A stretch of 64,000 bases of DNA from Oscillospiraceae bacterium (GCA_015066405.1 SVOM01000006.1:2319-66318), one strand, 5' to 3'. Shown: positions 37,577 through 47,746, counted from the stretch's first letter. The notes: generated by a model not told the origin, from the letters alone. Numbers and translations: made by a program.

Positions 37577-37588
37577 AGATATCACCTG

Positions 37589-39163
37589 TTAGTTCAAATA
37601 ATTATCGGGAAGGTCGTTTTCAACGAGTACTACGGTATTGCTGTCCGCAAAGGTTGAAAGAACCTCTACTGCTTCTTTAAAAGAGCCAACTATGTGGCGG
37701 CGTGATAAATCAAAATCAGTGGATGACACCGCATCGTTAAGCGGTATCGCGCGGCGCCTGCCAACGAGTATTATATGGTCGCACACCTTCGTAGCGGCAA
37801 GACCTAATTTGTAGTTAAAGTCGTACTCCTTATCTCCAAGCTCCACAAGTCCGGGTGTTATTATAACCTTTTGCATACCGCTAAAGCTTGCAAGAACGTT
37901 GACAGCCTCAACACAGCCCTCGGGGTTGGCGTTGTAGGCATCATCTATCATAACCGAGCCGTTTACAAAGCCCTTAAGCTCTAAGCGGTGTTCGGTGGGC
38001 TCCAAGTGAGATATGGCAAAGCGAATTTGCTCAGCCGTAACGCCAAGGTCATAAGCTATTGCCGCAGCACCCGTGATATTAAGCACATTGTGTTTGCCAA
38101 GCAGCTTTGTTGAAACCTTTATTTCAGCGCCATCCATAAAGCATATTGTGAAAACCGAGCCCTCACGCGAATAGGAAATGTCCTTTGCGTATACACCATT
38201 ACCACTTACCGAGTAGCCAACGCACTCACGCTCGCCTAAATTCTCGGCTATATGTTTGCTGTCGGTGTTTACATACACTTTGCCGCCTTTGTTTTTGCAG
38301 GCATCGTAAAGCTCGAATTTTGTATTAAATACATTCTCGACCGTTTTAAAGGTTTCAAGGTGCTGTGGACCCACTGCCGATATAATACCGATTTCGGGGT
38401 TTACAATATCACATATTTCTTTTATATCGCCAATGTTTTTAGCTCCCATTTCACAAACAAATATTTGTGTTTGTGCGCGCAGACTTTCTCGTATGGTTTT
38501 TACAACGCCCATAGGTGTGTTATAGCTTTGCGGTGTTGCAAGCACGTTGTATTTTTCGCTGAGTATTCTTGCGAGAATAAACTTAGTGCTGGTTTTGCCG
38601 TAGCTGCCCGTAACACCTATAACCTTAAGGCCGCGAACACTGTTTATTTTTCTTTTAGCATCACTTATAAAATAAAAAGAAATTAATTTTTCAAAAGGAT
38701 AGGTAATAAGCCAACTTATAAGAATAAGTAAGGGGGCAAATACACAAAGTAAAATTAAAACAGAGAAGAATATACCCCTTGTCATACCCTTTGTGCAAAT
38801 AGTTGCAAAGAAGAGTGCTATTTGCACAAGGAGGGCTGTGGAATAAAGGCGTTTTATACGCGCTGTAATAACAAGGCGTTTTATTGATTTTTTGCGGTCA
38901 TAAAACGCAATGAATACCTGCGCTACAGTGTAAAGCGATATTATAATAAGCGAGAAAACGATATTATACTTTACAACCAAGGACAGAGCGCAAAATATAA
39001 CTGTCAAAAGCAACAGACGCATAAAATACGCATCATAAAGCCATTTAACATAACGCGAGGGGTAATAGGAATTTTGCTGTAACATATGGAAATGCTTGTA
39101 GGTTGCAAACAGCGGTGCGATGGCCGCAATAATGCATACCGCGATAAAAACCTTTTCGTTCAT
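37589..39163 (-). CDS. murF: MurF-type Mur ligase with an N-terminal multi-TM domain
   Basis: GVTGSYGKTSTK P-loop at residues 183-194 and DDAYNANPEG. Residues 1-155 are about five hydrophobic helices. Confidence 0.8.
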   Translation of the reverse strand: MNEKVFIAVCIIAAIAPLFATYKHFHMLQQNSYYPSRYVKWLYDAYFMRLLLLTVIFCALSLVVKYNIVFSLIIISLYTVAQVFIAFYDRKKSIKRLVITARIKRLYSTALLVQIALFFATICTKGMTRGIFFSVLILLCVFAPLLILISWLITYPFEKLISFYFISDAKRKINSVRGLKVIGVTGSYGKTSTKFILARILSEKYNVLATPQSYNTPMGVVKTIRESLRAQTQIFVCEMGAKNIGDIKEICDIVNPEIGIISAVGPQHLETFKTVENVFNTKFELYDACKNKGGKVYVNTDSKHIAENLGERECVGYSVSGNGVYAKDISYSREGSVFTICFMDGAEIKVSTKLLGKHNVLNITGAAAIAYDLGVTAEQIRFAISHLEPTEHRLELKGFVNGSVMIDDAYNANPEGCVEAVNVLASFSGMQKVIITPGLVELGDKEYDFNYKLGLAATKVCDHIILVGRRRAIPLNDAVSSTDFDLSRRHIVGSFKEAVEVLSTFADSNTVVLVENDLPDNYLN

Positions 39164-39172
39164 TTTTTACTC

Positions 39173-39934
39173 CTATCCTAAAAAACTTTTAATTATAGCA
39201 TGGGCTTGGCGTGGTTGCTCCACAAATGCAAAATGCCCTGCGAATTTTATAACACATAGTCCCGCATCGGGGATGAGTTTTTCCATAATTTGCGCATCTG
39301 CCAGCGGTGTTGCCGTGTCATTTTCGCCCCATATAAGCAGTGTGGGGCATTTAATGTTAGGCAAAATAGAACGCAAATCGGTATTAACAAGATTTACCAA
39401 GGTGTTTCTAAGCTCCGGTGTGGCGGCGTTGCGGTAATCAGCCGAGCCGTAACGGTTGCGCGCCTTTTCAAGCATATTGCCCGAAAACTTATTTATAACG
39501 GGTAGGCGAAGCACTTTTTTAACAACCGAAAAGCCCGCATCCCTTACCTTTCGCTTTAAACTTTTTTTGGGGATAAGCCCTGCCGCATCGAGCAAAATAA
39601 TTTTTGGGGGCGTCAGCATTTTCTCACCCGCAAGCTTAAGTACAGTTCTGCCACCGTGCGAGTGGCCAATAAGTATAGGGTTTACAAGCCCCGTTTTTTC
39701 TATAAACTCCAAAACAAAATCGGCGTAAGTATCTATTGTCCAAACTTCCGGTAAGGTGCCGCTTTTGCCGCATCCCGGAAAATCGAGCGCAGTCAAACGG
39801 TAAGAGCCCTGCATAAGCTCCATAATGCCTTTATAAACATCGTTTGATGAACCCCAACCGTGCAGCAGCAAAATGTCGGAGCCACTACCTATTTGTTCGT
39901 AATTTATTTCAATATCTTTTACCAAAATTTTCAT
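39173..39934 (-). CDS. alpha/beta hydrolase
   Basis: GHSHGG nucleophile elbow, 253 aa, 9 nt upstream of murF. Confidence 0.8.
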   Translation of the reverse strand: MKILVKDIEINYEQIGSGSDILLLHGWGSSNDVYKGIMELMQGSYRLTALDFPGCGKSGTLPEVWTIDTYADFVLEFIEKTGLVNPILIGHSHGGRTVLKLAGEKMLTPPKIILLDAAGLIPKKSLKRKVRDAGFSVVKKVLRLPVINKFSGNMLEKARNRYGSADYRNAATPELRNTLVNLVNTDLRSILPNIKCPTLLIWGENDTATPLADAQIMEKLIPDAGLCVIKFAGHFAFVEQPRQAHAIIKSFLG

Positions 39935-40052
39935 AATGACCCTCGTTGCAAACTGTTTATTTATTTATTATACCAAATAGTTTATAAAAATAGAAGCATT
40001 AATTTTAAAAATTACAATATTTTACATAACTTTTTGCTCGTACAAAAATAAT

Positions 40053-40081
40053 TTGACATATTGAGCCGTAAAGTATATAAT
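40053..40081 (+). promoter_or_regulatory. consensus sigma-A promoter of murA
   Basis: TTGACA, 17-nt spacer, TATAAT. Confidence 0.65.
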
Positions 40082-40137
40082 GTCAAATGGAATTAAATGT
40101 TTTTTTGCGGACAATTTTTGGGGAAAGGAGTGCTACC

Positions 40138-41391
40138 TTGGAAAAGTTTGTAATTAACGGCGGTAAACGCTTATGCGGCGAAGTAAGAATAAGCGGAGCT
40201 AAAAACTCGGCAGTAGCAATTCTCCCCGGTGTTCTTTTAGCGGAGAGTCCCTGCGTTATAGAAAACCTACCCGAAATATCCGATGTGCGCTCGGTTTGTA
40301 CAGTGCTTAGTCGGCTTGGCGCAAATGTAGAGTTTTTAGACAACACTACTGTCAGAATTGACCCAACAGGTGTTAAAGCTTTTACTGTAACCGAAGAAAT
40401 GTCAAAAAGCATGCGTGCATCGAGTTACTTTATGGGCGCATTGCTCGGCCGTATGAATCACTCACGCGTAGCCCCTCCCGGTGGTTGCGATTTTGGTGTG
40501 CGACCAATAGATTTGCATATAAAGGGCTTTGAGGCGCTTGGCGCTAAAGTAATGATAGAGGACGGCATGGTTGATGTTAAAGCCGATGCTCTTAGTGGCG
40601 GATATGTTTATCTCGATTTAGTGTCGGTTGGCGCGACAGTTAATATTATGCTTGCAGCCGTCAAGGCAAACGGCGTTACGGTAATTGAAAATGCCGCAAG
40701 GGAGCCGCATATTGTTGATTTGGCAAACTTTTTAAACTCAATGGGTGCCAATATTATGGGTGCGGGTACAAACGCCATAAAAATCCGCGGTGTAGAGCAC
40801 CTTCACGGTGTAGATTACAGTATTATACCCGACCAGATAGAAGCGGGAACCTATATGGCGGCAGCCGTTGCCACAAAGGGCGATGTGCTTGTAACCAATG
40901 TTATACCAAAGCACCTTGAATCAATTATTGTAAAAATTAGAGAAATGGGCGCCAAGGTTGAAGAAAATGATGAGTCGGTAAGGGTGTCAATGGATACAAG
41001 ACCCCGTATGTGCAAGGTAAAAACAATGCCGCACCCAGGATTTCCCACCGATATGCAGCCGCAGGTTGCAGCGGTGTTAACTGTGGGAGAAGGGACAAGC
41101 ATTATAAACGAGGGCGTGTGGGATAGCCGTTTCCGTTATGTTGAGCAGTTGTCCTTAATGGGTGCTGAGGTTCAGGTTGACGGCAAGCGCGCATTTATAA
41201 ATGGTGTTGAAAAATTAAGTGGTACTCGTGTTCGAGCTGTAGATTTAAGAGCGGGCGCCGCAATGATAGTGGCAGGCCTTATGGCTGAGGGCGAAACCAT
41301 TATTGAAGATATTGAGCATATAGACCGCGGCTATGAAAATGTTGTCGGCAAATTTATGGCTCTCGGAGCAGACATTAAACGCATTAACTGA
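40138..41391 (+). CDS. murA: UDP-N-acetylglucosamine 1-carboxyvinyltransferase
   Basis: TTG at 40138 with an AAAGGAG RBS. Contains ISGAKNSAVAILP. Confidence 0.93.
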   Translation: MEKFVINGGKRLCGEVRISGAKNSAVAILPGVLLAESPCVIENLPEISDVRSVCTVLSRLGANVEFLDNTTVRIDPTGVKAFTVTEEMSKSMRASSYFMGALLGRMNHSRVAPPGGCDFGVRPIDLHIKGFEALGAKVMIEDGMVDVKADALSGGYVYLDLVSVGATVNIMLAAVKANGVTVIENAAREPHIVDLANFLNSMGANIMGAGTNAIKIRGVEHLHGVDYSIIPDQIEAGTYMAAAVATKGDVLVTNVIPKHLESIIVKIREMGAKVEENDESVRVSMDTRPRMCKVKTMPHPGFPTDMQPQVAAVLTVGEGTSIINEGVWDSRFRYVEQLSLMGAEVQVDGKRAFINGVEKLSGTRVRAVDLRAGAAMIVAGLMAEGETIIEDIEHIDRGYENVVGKFMALGADIKRIN

Positions 41392-41446
41392 TAAAAGGGC
41401 TATCGTTATAGCCCTTTTTATAATACTTAAAAAGGGAGGTGCTTTT

Positions 41447-42232
41447 ATGGCAAGATTTTTACCGCTTTTCAGCTCAAGCAGTGCCAACAGCTGTTTTGTG
41501 GGCTGCGGGGGTGGCGGCGTGCTTGTTGATGCGGGCGCATCAGGCGTGCAAATTATAAACGCTCTTGCCGAAAAAGGCATCGAGCCCACTGATATAAAGG
41601 CGATTTTTATAACCCACGAGCATAGCGACCATATAAAAGGCTTGTCTGCCGTTATTAAAAAAACAAAGGCACCCGTTTTTGCCTCATGCGATACTTTATG
41701 TGCCATTGAACAACACTGCAAATTACCCGTTGATGCCGTACTTAACGAGATTAATGATAAAACGATGATAGGCGATATAGTGGTGGGGCGCTTTGAGACA
41801 AGCCACGACTGTATGGGCTCGAGCGGTTTTTTCTTTAATATGCCCGACAACACAAAAATCTCGGTTTGCACCGACCTTGGCATTGTTACCGATAGCGTAA
41901 GACAGGCGATAAGCGGCAGTAATCTTGTATATATTGAATCAAACCACGATATAAAAATGCTCAAAAGCGGACCTTATCCGCCGGAGCTTAAGCTTAGAAT
42001 TTTAAGTGATAAAGGGCATTTATCAAATATCTCTTGCTCGGCAGAGCTGCCTAAACTGTTAAACAGCGGCGCAACAAGATTTGTTTTGGCGCATTTAAGC
42101 CAGCATAATAATTTACCAAGGCTTGCCGAAAATGTCGCGGTAGCATCGCTCGGAGATATTGGCGCCAAGAGGAATGAAGACTACATATTAAGCGCTGCAA
42201 AGGTGAGCGGCGGGGACTGGTTTTGCGTATGA
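41447..42232 (+). CDS. MBL-fold metallo-hydrolase (YycJ/WalJ-like)
   Basis: THEHSDH motif. ATG at 41447 with a GGGAGG RBS. Confidence 0.8.
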   Translation: MARFLPLFSSSSANSCFVGCGGGGVLVDAGASGVQIINALAEKGIEPTDIKAIFITHEHSDHIKGLSAVIKKTKAPVFASCDTLCAIEQHCKLPVDAVLNEINDKTMIGDIVVGRFETSHDCMGSSGFFFNMPDNTKISVCTDLGIVTDSVRQAISGSNLVYIESNHDIKMLKSGPYPPELKLRILSDKGHLSNISCSAELPKLLNSGATRFVLAHLSQHNNLPRLAENVAVASLGDIGAKRNEDYILSAAKVSGGDWFCV

Positions 42233-42711
42233 TAAAAATTAAGATTATTTCTCTTGGAAAGCTAAAGGAAAAATTTTTTATCGATGCCGCACGCGAATAC
42301 GAAAAGCGCTTATCTTCCTTTTGTAATTTTGAGGCGGTGGAAATAACCCCCGAGAGATTAAGCGAAAACCCAACACAAAACGAAATAGTAAACGCCCTAA
42401 AAAAAGAAGCGGCCGCTATCGAAAAAAAGATACCGCAAGGCGCGCTACGTATTGCGATGTGTATCGAGGGCAAGCAATTTTCAAGCGAAAAGTTTTCAAA
42501 GTATATAAATGATGCGGCTATAAACGGCAGAGGATGTATTGTCTTTTTGATAGGCAGCTCTTATGGGCTTGATGAAGCACTAAAGCAAACGGCCGACCTC
42601 AAAATGTCAATGTCGGAAATGACCTTTCCGCACAAATTGGCACGTGTTATGCTAACCGAACAAATCTACCGCGCATTCAAAATATTGGGCGGTGGCACAT
42701 ATCATAAATAA
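42229..42711 (+). CDS. rlmH: 23S rRNA (pseudouridine1915-N3)-methyltransferase
   Basis: SPOUT fold with IKIISLGKLKEKF..FLIGSSYGL. ATGA overlap with the upstream gene. Confidence 0.9.
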   Translation: MIKIKIISLGKLKEKFFIDAAREYEKRLSSFCNFEAVEITPERLSENPTQNEIVNALKKEAAAIEKKIPQGALRIAMCIEGKQFSSEKFSKYINDAAINGRGCIVFLIGSSYGLDEALKQTADLKMSMSEMTFPHKLARVMLTEQIYRAFKILGGGTYHK

Positions 42712-42956
42712 AATATAAAAAAAGACTTGACCGAAGGGGTAAAGTATGATATACTGTTACTTACCTCTGAAGGTCTTTTTTTTTGCGCCCATTTTTCCGC
42801 AAAAAGAGGGATTCAAAGCAGTTTTGCATATATTGTGCGTGCTTTACTTTGGCGCTACAATATAGTGCGTCAAGGTCAGTATATGCTCTTGCTGAGGGAG
42901 GCGATTTGCCCGAATTTCAGGGCAAAAATAAATTCCGTAAAACGGGAGGTGCCGTC

Positions 42957-43106
42957 ATGAGAGTTAAGATCACTTTAGCTTGCACAGAGTGTAAGCAGCG
43001 CAACTACAACACAATGAAAAACAAGAAAAACGATCCGGACAGACTTGAAATGAATAAGTATTGCAGGTTCTGTAAAAAGCACACCGTACACAAGGAAACA
43101 AAGTAA
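42957..43106 (+). CDS. rpmG: 50S ribosomal protein L33
   Basis: [38 protein letters not shown]. Confidence 0.93.
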   Translation: MRVKITLACTECKQRNYNTMKNKKNDPDRLEMNKYCRFCKKHTVHKETK

Positions 43107-43117
43107 GGAGGGTGCAC

Positions 43118-43786
43118 ATGAAAGCTATTAACAAGGTTTGTCAGATTTTAGGTTTGATAACAGGCGTTGCCGCAGTGGTAATGTTCTTCACAAACTTTGC
43201 TTCCATAGCGACTGCCACCACCACTATTACGGCAACAGGTGCTGAAATGGCATTTGGTTCGGCTGTACAGGGTGTGGACTTGCACAAATCCTACAAATTA
43301 CTTTTCTGTTTCTGTGTTGCTGTGCTCACAGTGGTGCTTAGCGGTTTTTCCTTTAAATCTAAAGGTGCTAAGTATGCCGCACCCGTAAGTGCTGCCGTAG
43401 TAGCAGTATTTATGTTGGTTGTAACACTGGGAGATCCCTTCAAATACATCAATGCCGATGGCGTAGGTGCCAAAAGCATTACCTATGTATTGGGCGGTCT
43501 TATCACAGTAACCGCACTTCTCTTCGCAAGTATGCTTTTAAGCGGCGCGCATTTATTTATTAATGATTATATTGAGTGCGCAGGCAAAAAGCCAACTATT
43601 TTGCAGAGAGTAGTTAAGTTCTTACGTGATTATAAGAGCGAAGCCAAAAAGATTGTTTGGCCCGGCTTTAAGGACGTTTTAAAGAACACGGTAATTGTTT
43701 TGATTATGTGCGTTGTTGTCGGTGCGTTTATATGGGTTTTAGACTTCGGTCTTGCAAAACTACTCGACATAATTTGGGCGCTTTAA
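43118..43786 (+). CDS. secE: SecE with a long N-terminal multi-TM extension
   Basis: The last roughly 60 aa (KFLRDYKSEAKKIVWPGFKDVLKNTVIVLIMCVVVGAFIWVLD) form a SecE core, and the gene sits in the rpmG-secE-nusG position. About 160 extra N-terminal residues carry about four TM helices. Confidence 0.7.
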   Translation: MKAINKVCQILGLITGVAAVVMFFTNFASIATATTTITATGAEMAFGSAVQGVDLHKSYKLLFCFCVAVLTVVLSGFSFKSKGAKYAAPVSAAVVAVFMLVVTLGDPFKYINADGVGAKSITYVLGGLITVTALLFASMLLSGAHLFINDYIECAGKKPTILQRVVKFLRDYKSEAKKIVWPGFKDVLKNTVIVLIMCVVVGAFIWVLDFGLAKLLDIIWAL

Positions 43787-43811
43787 GCCAAATATTGTGG
43801 AGGTAATATAA

Positions 43812-44333
43812 ATGTCAAACGAAGCAAAGTGGTATGTAATTCATACCTATTCCGGCTATGAGAATAAGGTTAAGGGCGACCTTGAGAAGATGGTAGAAAA
43901 CCGCAAAATGCAGGATCTCATCTTTGACCTTAAAATTCCAACCGAGACCGTTACCGAGATAAAAGGTGAAAAAACGCGTGAGGTTGAGAGAAAACTCTTC
44001 CCCGGATATGTGTTTATCAAAATGATCGTTACGGACGACAGCTGGTACGTTGTAAGAAATATTCACGGCGTAACGGGCTTTGTAGGTCCGGCATCCAAAC
44101 CTGTACCTCTAACTGACGAAGAGGTTGCTAAATTCGGCGTTGAAAAGCACAGCGTTGAGCTTGCATACAAGGTTGGAGATAATATTAAGGTCGTTTCAGG
44201 ACCTTTCGAGAACTTAGAAGGTGTTGTTGATGAAATTGATGCAGAAAACAACAACGTTCGCGTTCTCATCACCGTATTCGGCAGGCAAACACCTGTTGAT
44301 ATGGACTTAGACCAGATAGTTCTGGCCGATTAA
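43812..44333 (+). CDS. nusG: transcription antitermination factor NusG
   Basis: KWYVIHTYSGYENKV, with a KOW domain at the C-terminus. Confidence 0.95.
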   Translation: MSNEAKWYVIHTYSGYENKVKGDLEKMVENRKMQDLIFDLKIPTETVTEIKGEKTREVERKLFPGYVFIKMIVTDDSWYVVRNIHGVTGFVGPASKPVPLTDEEVAKFGVEKHSVELAYKVGDNIKVVSGPFENLEGVVDEIDAENNNVRVLITVFGRQTPVDMDLDQIVLAD

Positions 44334-44454
44334 TTGTTAACTAGCGGCTGTTTTGCCGCCGACGGCTTAGACCGTCACGGTGGGAGGAACGGGAAGATGA
44401 ACGTTCCGCCAAGTGTAAAAACACTAGTTACCACGAATATTGGAGGTGCAAACA
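44334..44454 (+). promoter_or_regulatory. hairpin-rich GC-rich leader of rplKA (possible r-protein autoregulatory site)
   Basis: Hairpins GCGGC-N6-GCCGC, GACGG-N6-CCGTC and GGAACG-N9-CGTTCC. Confidence 0.25.
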
Positions 44455-44880
44455 ATGGCTCAAAAAATTACAGGTTACATCAAATTACAGATTCCGGCAG
44501 GTAAAGCCACACCGGCTCCCCCTGTTGGTCCGGCGCTGGGTCAGCATGGCGTTAACATTATGGCTTTTACAAAAGAGTTTAATGAACGCACAAAGAATGA
44601 TGCAGGTCTTATCATTCCGGTAGTTATTACCGTTTATGCAGACCGTTCATTCAGCTTTATTACAAAGACTCCGCCTGCAGCCGTTCTTTTAAAGAAGGCA
44701 TGCGGCATTGAGACTGCTTCGGGCGTGCCGAACAAAAATAAAGTTGCTAAAATCACCAGCGAGCAGATTAGAAAAATCGCAGAACAGAAGATGCCCGACT
44801 TAAACGCAGCAAGCGTTGAGGCTGCTATGTCTATGATAGCAGGTACCGCTCGCAGCATGGGTATTGAAGTTATCGATTAA
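44455..44880 (+). CDS. rplK: 50S ribosomal protein L11
   Basis: [34 protein letters not shown]. Confidence 0.97.
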   Translation: MAQKITGYIKLQIPAGKATPAPPVGPALGQHGVNIMAFTKEFNERTKNDAGLIIPVVITVYADRSFSFITKTPPAAVLLKKACGIETASGVPNKNKVAKITSEQIRKIAEQKMPDLNAASVEAAMSMIAGTARSMGIEVID

Positions 44881-44935
44881 TACTCTCTTCTCGTGGGAGG
44901 AAATTTCCGATTTAACCACTTAGGAGGTAAAGAAA

Positions 44936-45631
44936 GTGAAACACGGTAAAAAATATAACGAAAGCGTAAATCTTATCGAAAAAGGTAAGTTTTATGATGC
45001 CGAAGAAGCTGTTGCATTAACAACTAAAACTGCTACAGCTAAATTCGATGAAACAGTTGAAATCCATGTACGTTTGGGTGTTGACTCACGTCACGCAGAC
45101 CAGCAGGTTCGCGGCGCCGTAGTTCTTCCTAACGGTACCGGTAAAAAGGTAAGAACCCTCGTTCTTACAAAGGGCGACAAAGCTAAAGAGGCAGAGGCTG
45201 CAGGTTCAGATTATGTAGGTGCTGAAGAGCTCGTTGCTAAAATCCAAAACGAAAACTGGCTCGATTTCGATGTTGTTATCGCAACACCTGATATGATGGG
45301 TATGGTTGGTCGTCTTGGTAAGGTTTTAGGTCCGCGCGGACTTATGCCTACCCCCAAGGCAGGTACAGTTACACCTGATGTTGCTAAGGCAGTTACCGAG
45401 GCTAAAGCAGGTAAAATTGAGTACCGTCTTGACAAAACAAATATTATCCACTGCCCGATAGGCAAGGTATCTTTCGGTCCTGAAAAATTACAGGAAAACT
45501 TTGATACCCTTATGAATGCCATTATCAAGGCTAAACCGGCCGCTACAAAGGGTCAGTATGTTAAGTCTTGTGTTGTTGCTACAACTATGGGCCCCGGCAT
45601 CAAAATTAACGTTGCTAAGTTCGGCGCATAA
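44936..45631 (+). CDS. rplA: 50S ribosomal protein L1
   Basis: GTG start with a GGAGG RBS. 231 aa, typical L1 sequence. Confidence 0.97.
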   Translation: MKHGKKYNESVNLIEKGKFYDAEEAVALTTKTATAKFDETVEIHVRLGVDSRHADQQVRGAVVLPNGTGKKVRTLVLTKGDKAKEAEAAGSDYVGAEELVAKIQNENWLDFDVVIATPDMMGMVGRLGKVLGPRGLMPTPKAGTVTPDVAKAVTEAKAGKIEYRLDKTNIIHCPIGKVSFGPEKLQENFDTLMNAIIKAKPAATKGQYVKSCVVATTMGPGIKINVAKFGA

Positions 45632-45640
45632 AATTTGTGG

Positions 45641-45669
45641 TTGACAAATTAAGGTAAGTGTGATATTAT
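45641..45669 (+). promoter_or_regulatory. extended -10 promoter of rplJL
   Basis: TTGACA, 17-nt spacer ending in TGA, then TATTAT. Confidence 0.6.
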
Positions 45670-45675
45670 AATTTG

Positions 45676-45828
45676 GCGCGACAGGATATCCTGTCAAACT
45701 AATGCAATCCGAAGACAGTAGGTCTTTTACTAAAGGTAAAGGGAAACCGCCTACCGAGGTGTGCGTATAAAAGCTTATTCAAAGTATTTTTATGCCTATC
45801 CTCATGTTTTCGGGGATAGGCATTTTTA
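45676..45828 (+). promoter_or_regulatory. rplJ (L10) leader with a terminator-like attenuator hairpin
   Basis: Structured 5' UTR. ATGCCTATCC (45792-45801) pairs with GGATAGGCAT (45814-45823), followed by TTTTT just before the rplJ RBS. Confidence 0.6.
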
Positions 45829-45848
45829 ATTTATCGGAGGTGAAAATT

Positions 45849-46352
45849 TTGCCAAACGCTAAAGTATTAGAGCAAAAGCAGCAAATCGTTGCTGGTCTTA
45901 AGGCCGATATCGAAAACTCGGTTGCAGGTGTTATCGTTGATTACAAGGGTATCTCGGTTGCTGACGATACAGTTCTCCGTAAAGAGCTTCGTGAAGCAGG
46001 TGTTGATTACCGCGTAGTTAAAAATACACTTCTCGGCCGTGCTATTGAGGGTACTGAGCTTGAGAGCATCAAGTCGGTTCTTGAAGGCACAACAGCAATA
46101 GCAATTTCTAAAGAGGATCACGTAGCAGCGGCTCGTATTCTCGGCAAATTTGCAGATGCACACGATAATTTCAACATCAAAGCAGGTTACTTAGATGGTA
46201 AAGCTATTGATATTGAAACCATCAATTCCCTTGCAAAGCTTCCGTCAAGAGAGGTTCTCCTCGCAACAGTTGTTGGAGCTTTCCAGGCACCTATCGCAGC
46301 ATTTGCACGTGCAGTTCAAGCCATCGTTGATAAAGACGGCGCTGCAGAATAA
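45849..46352 (+). CDS. rplJ: 50S ribosomal protein L10
   Basis: TTG start after a GGAGGTG RBS. Begins PNAKVLEQKQQIV. Confidence 0.95.
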   Translation: MPNAKVLEQKQQIVAGLKADIENSVAGVIVDYKGISVADDTVLRKELREAGVDYRVVKNTLLGRAIEGTELESIKSVLEGTTAIAISKEDHVAAARILGKFADAHDNFNIKAGYLDGKAIDIETINSLAKLPSREVLLATVVGAFQAPIAAFARAVQAIVDKDGAAE

Positions 46353-46394
46353 TTAATTAAAAAACAAATTTATTTATTATTGGAGGAAAATAAA

Positions 46395-46772
46395 ATGGCA
46401 GCAGAAAAAATTACAGCTATCGTTGAAGAGTTAAAAACTCTTACAGTTCTTGAGCTTTCTGAGCTCGTTAAAGCAGTAGAAGAAGAATTTGGCGTATCAG
46501 CCGCAGCAGCAGTTGCAGTAGCAGCTCCCGCAGCAGGTGGTGCCGCAGCAGCAGAAGAGAAAACTGAGTTTGACGTTGTTTTAGCTTCTGCCGGTGCAGA
46601 AAAGATTAAGGTTATTAAGGCAGTTCGCGAAATCACAGGTCTTGGTCTTGCAGAAGCTAAGGCAATGGTTGATGGCGCTCCCAAAACCCTTAAAGAAGGC
46701 GCTTCTAAAGAGGAAGCTGAAGAAATCAAAGCTAAACTCACTGAGGTTGGCGCTACTGTTGAACTTAAGTAA
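46395..46772 (+). CDS. rplL: 50S ribosomal protein L7/L12
   Basis: [34 protein letters not shown]. Confidence 0.97.
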   Translation: MAAEKITAIVEELKTLTVLELSELVKAVEEEFGVSAAAAVAVAAPAAGGAAAAEEKTEFDVVLASAGAEKIKVIKAVREITGLGLAEAKAMVDGAPKTLKEGASKEEAEEIKAKLTEVGATVELK

Positions 46773-46791
46773 TTATAACTTAACAGTATTT

Positions 46792-46825
46792 AAACCCGCA
46801 CATTATGTGCGGGTTTTATTTTTTG
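46792..46825 (+). terminator. intrinsic terminator after rplL
   Basis: AAACCCGCACA-TTAT-GTGCGGGTTT followed by a T-run. Confidence 0.85.
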
Positions 46826-46879
46826 CCTTTTGTTTTATAACAAAAGGTTATTTTTTTTAGGTTGTCCGCATAACATTTA

Positions 46880-47746
46880 TTGGTGATATTTAAAGTGGTG
46901 CATTTACTTGAATTATTGCCGCTGAAAATTTCGGCGGCGATAGGTCTTTTATCGGAAAATATAAAACAAAGCGCGGATGAAATACGACTGCGCTCGGGCA
47001 AAGAGATATGCGTTATGTGCGGCAAAACGCCTATTTTTATAAAGCCGATACTTGAGAGTGAGGACATAGCGTTTACTGTAAAGCGGTTTTGTAACAGCTC
47101 GGTTTACGCGCACACAAACGAGCTTAATAACGGCTTCATTTCTTTGCCTTTTGGGCATAGAGCGGGCGTTGTGGGGAATTTTTCGGGCGAAAACCTTTAT
47201 GAATTTTCATCCGTTAATATAAGAATTGCGCGGCAGGTTGTGGGTGCGGCGAATTTTTTGAGCGGTAAAATTACGGGTGGTGTTTTATTGGCAGGTCCGC
47301 CCGCCAGCGGCAAAACAACGGTACTTCGCGATTTGGTGCGACAGTTGTCTAAAGAAGGTAATAAGGTAAGCGTAGTTGATACCCGCGGCGAAATCTCGGC
47401 CTTTTCCAAGGGTGTTATCTTTAACGATTTAGGTCCGAACACCGATGTTTTATTCGGTATAGAAAAAGACAGGGGCATAGAGATAGCACTCCGCACAATG
47501 ACACCCGACTATATTGCATTTGATGAAATCGGCACCGATTTAGAGCTTAAACGCGTGTTTGATTCGGTAAACGGCGGTGCCGAGATAATCACAACGGCGC
47601 ATATCGGAAGCGTAGAGCAGTTGATATTACGCCCCGTAACACGCCGACTAATAACCTCGGGTGCTGTAAAAACAGTTGTAATGCTTGATAGAAATAAAGG
47701 AAATAAAATTTTTACAAGTGAGGAAATATTAAAATGCTATTCGTAA
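46880..47746 (+). CDS. spoIIIAA: stage III sporulation protein AA (ATPase)
   Basis: Walker A GPPASGKTT. First gene of an eight-gene spoIIIA-type operon. The exact start is uncertain. Confidence 0.88.
   Translation: MVIFKVVHLLELLPLKISAAIGLLSENIKQSADEIRLRSGKEICVMCGKTPIFIKPILESEDIAFTVKRFCNSSVYAHTNELNNGFISLPFGHRAGVVGNFSGENLYEFSSVNIRIARQVVGAANFLSGKITGGVLLAGPPASGKTTVLRDLVRQLSKEGNKVSVVDTRGEISAFSKGVIFNDLGPNTDVLFGIEKDRGIEIALRTMTPDYIAFDEIGTDLELKRVFDSVNGGAEIITTAHIGSVEQLILRPVTRRLITSGAVKTVVMLDRNKGNKIFTSEEILKCYS

Noticed and set aside
40053-40092. Spo0A-box pair or operator palindrome at the murA promoter (TTGACAT..N18..ATGTCAA)
   Set aside because: The inverted repeat is real, but half of it is just the consensus -35 hexamer. 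With only 7 bp and no other support, I cannot separate it from chance.
42712-42956. ORFs 42727-42960 and 42783-43106 upstream of and extending rpmG, and a possible leader RNA
   Set aside because: L33 clearly starts at the ATG at 42957 with a GGGAGG RBS. The upstream frames lack an RBS and conservation signals. The hairpins there are weak, so no feature is claimed.
46773-46880. Sigma-E/sigma-G type promoter for the spoIIIA operon
   Set aside because: Only a loose CATAACAT -10-like element is visible, with no convincing -35. The evidence is too weak to annotate.
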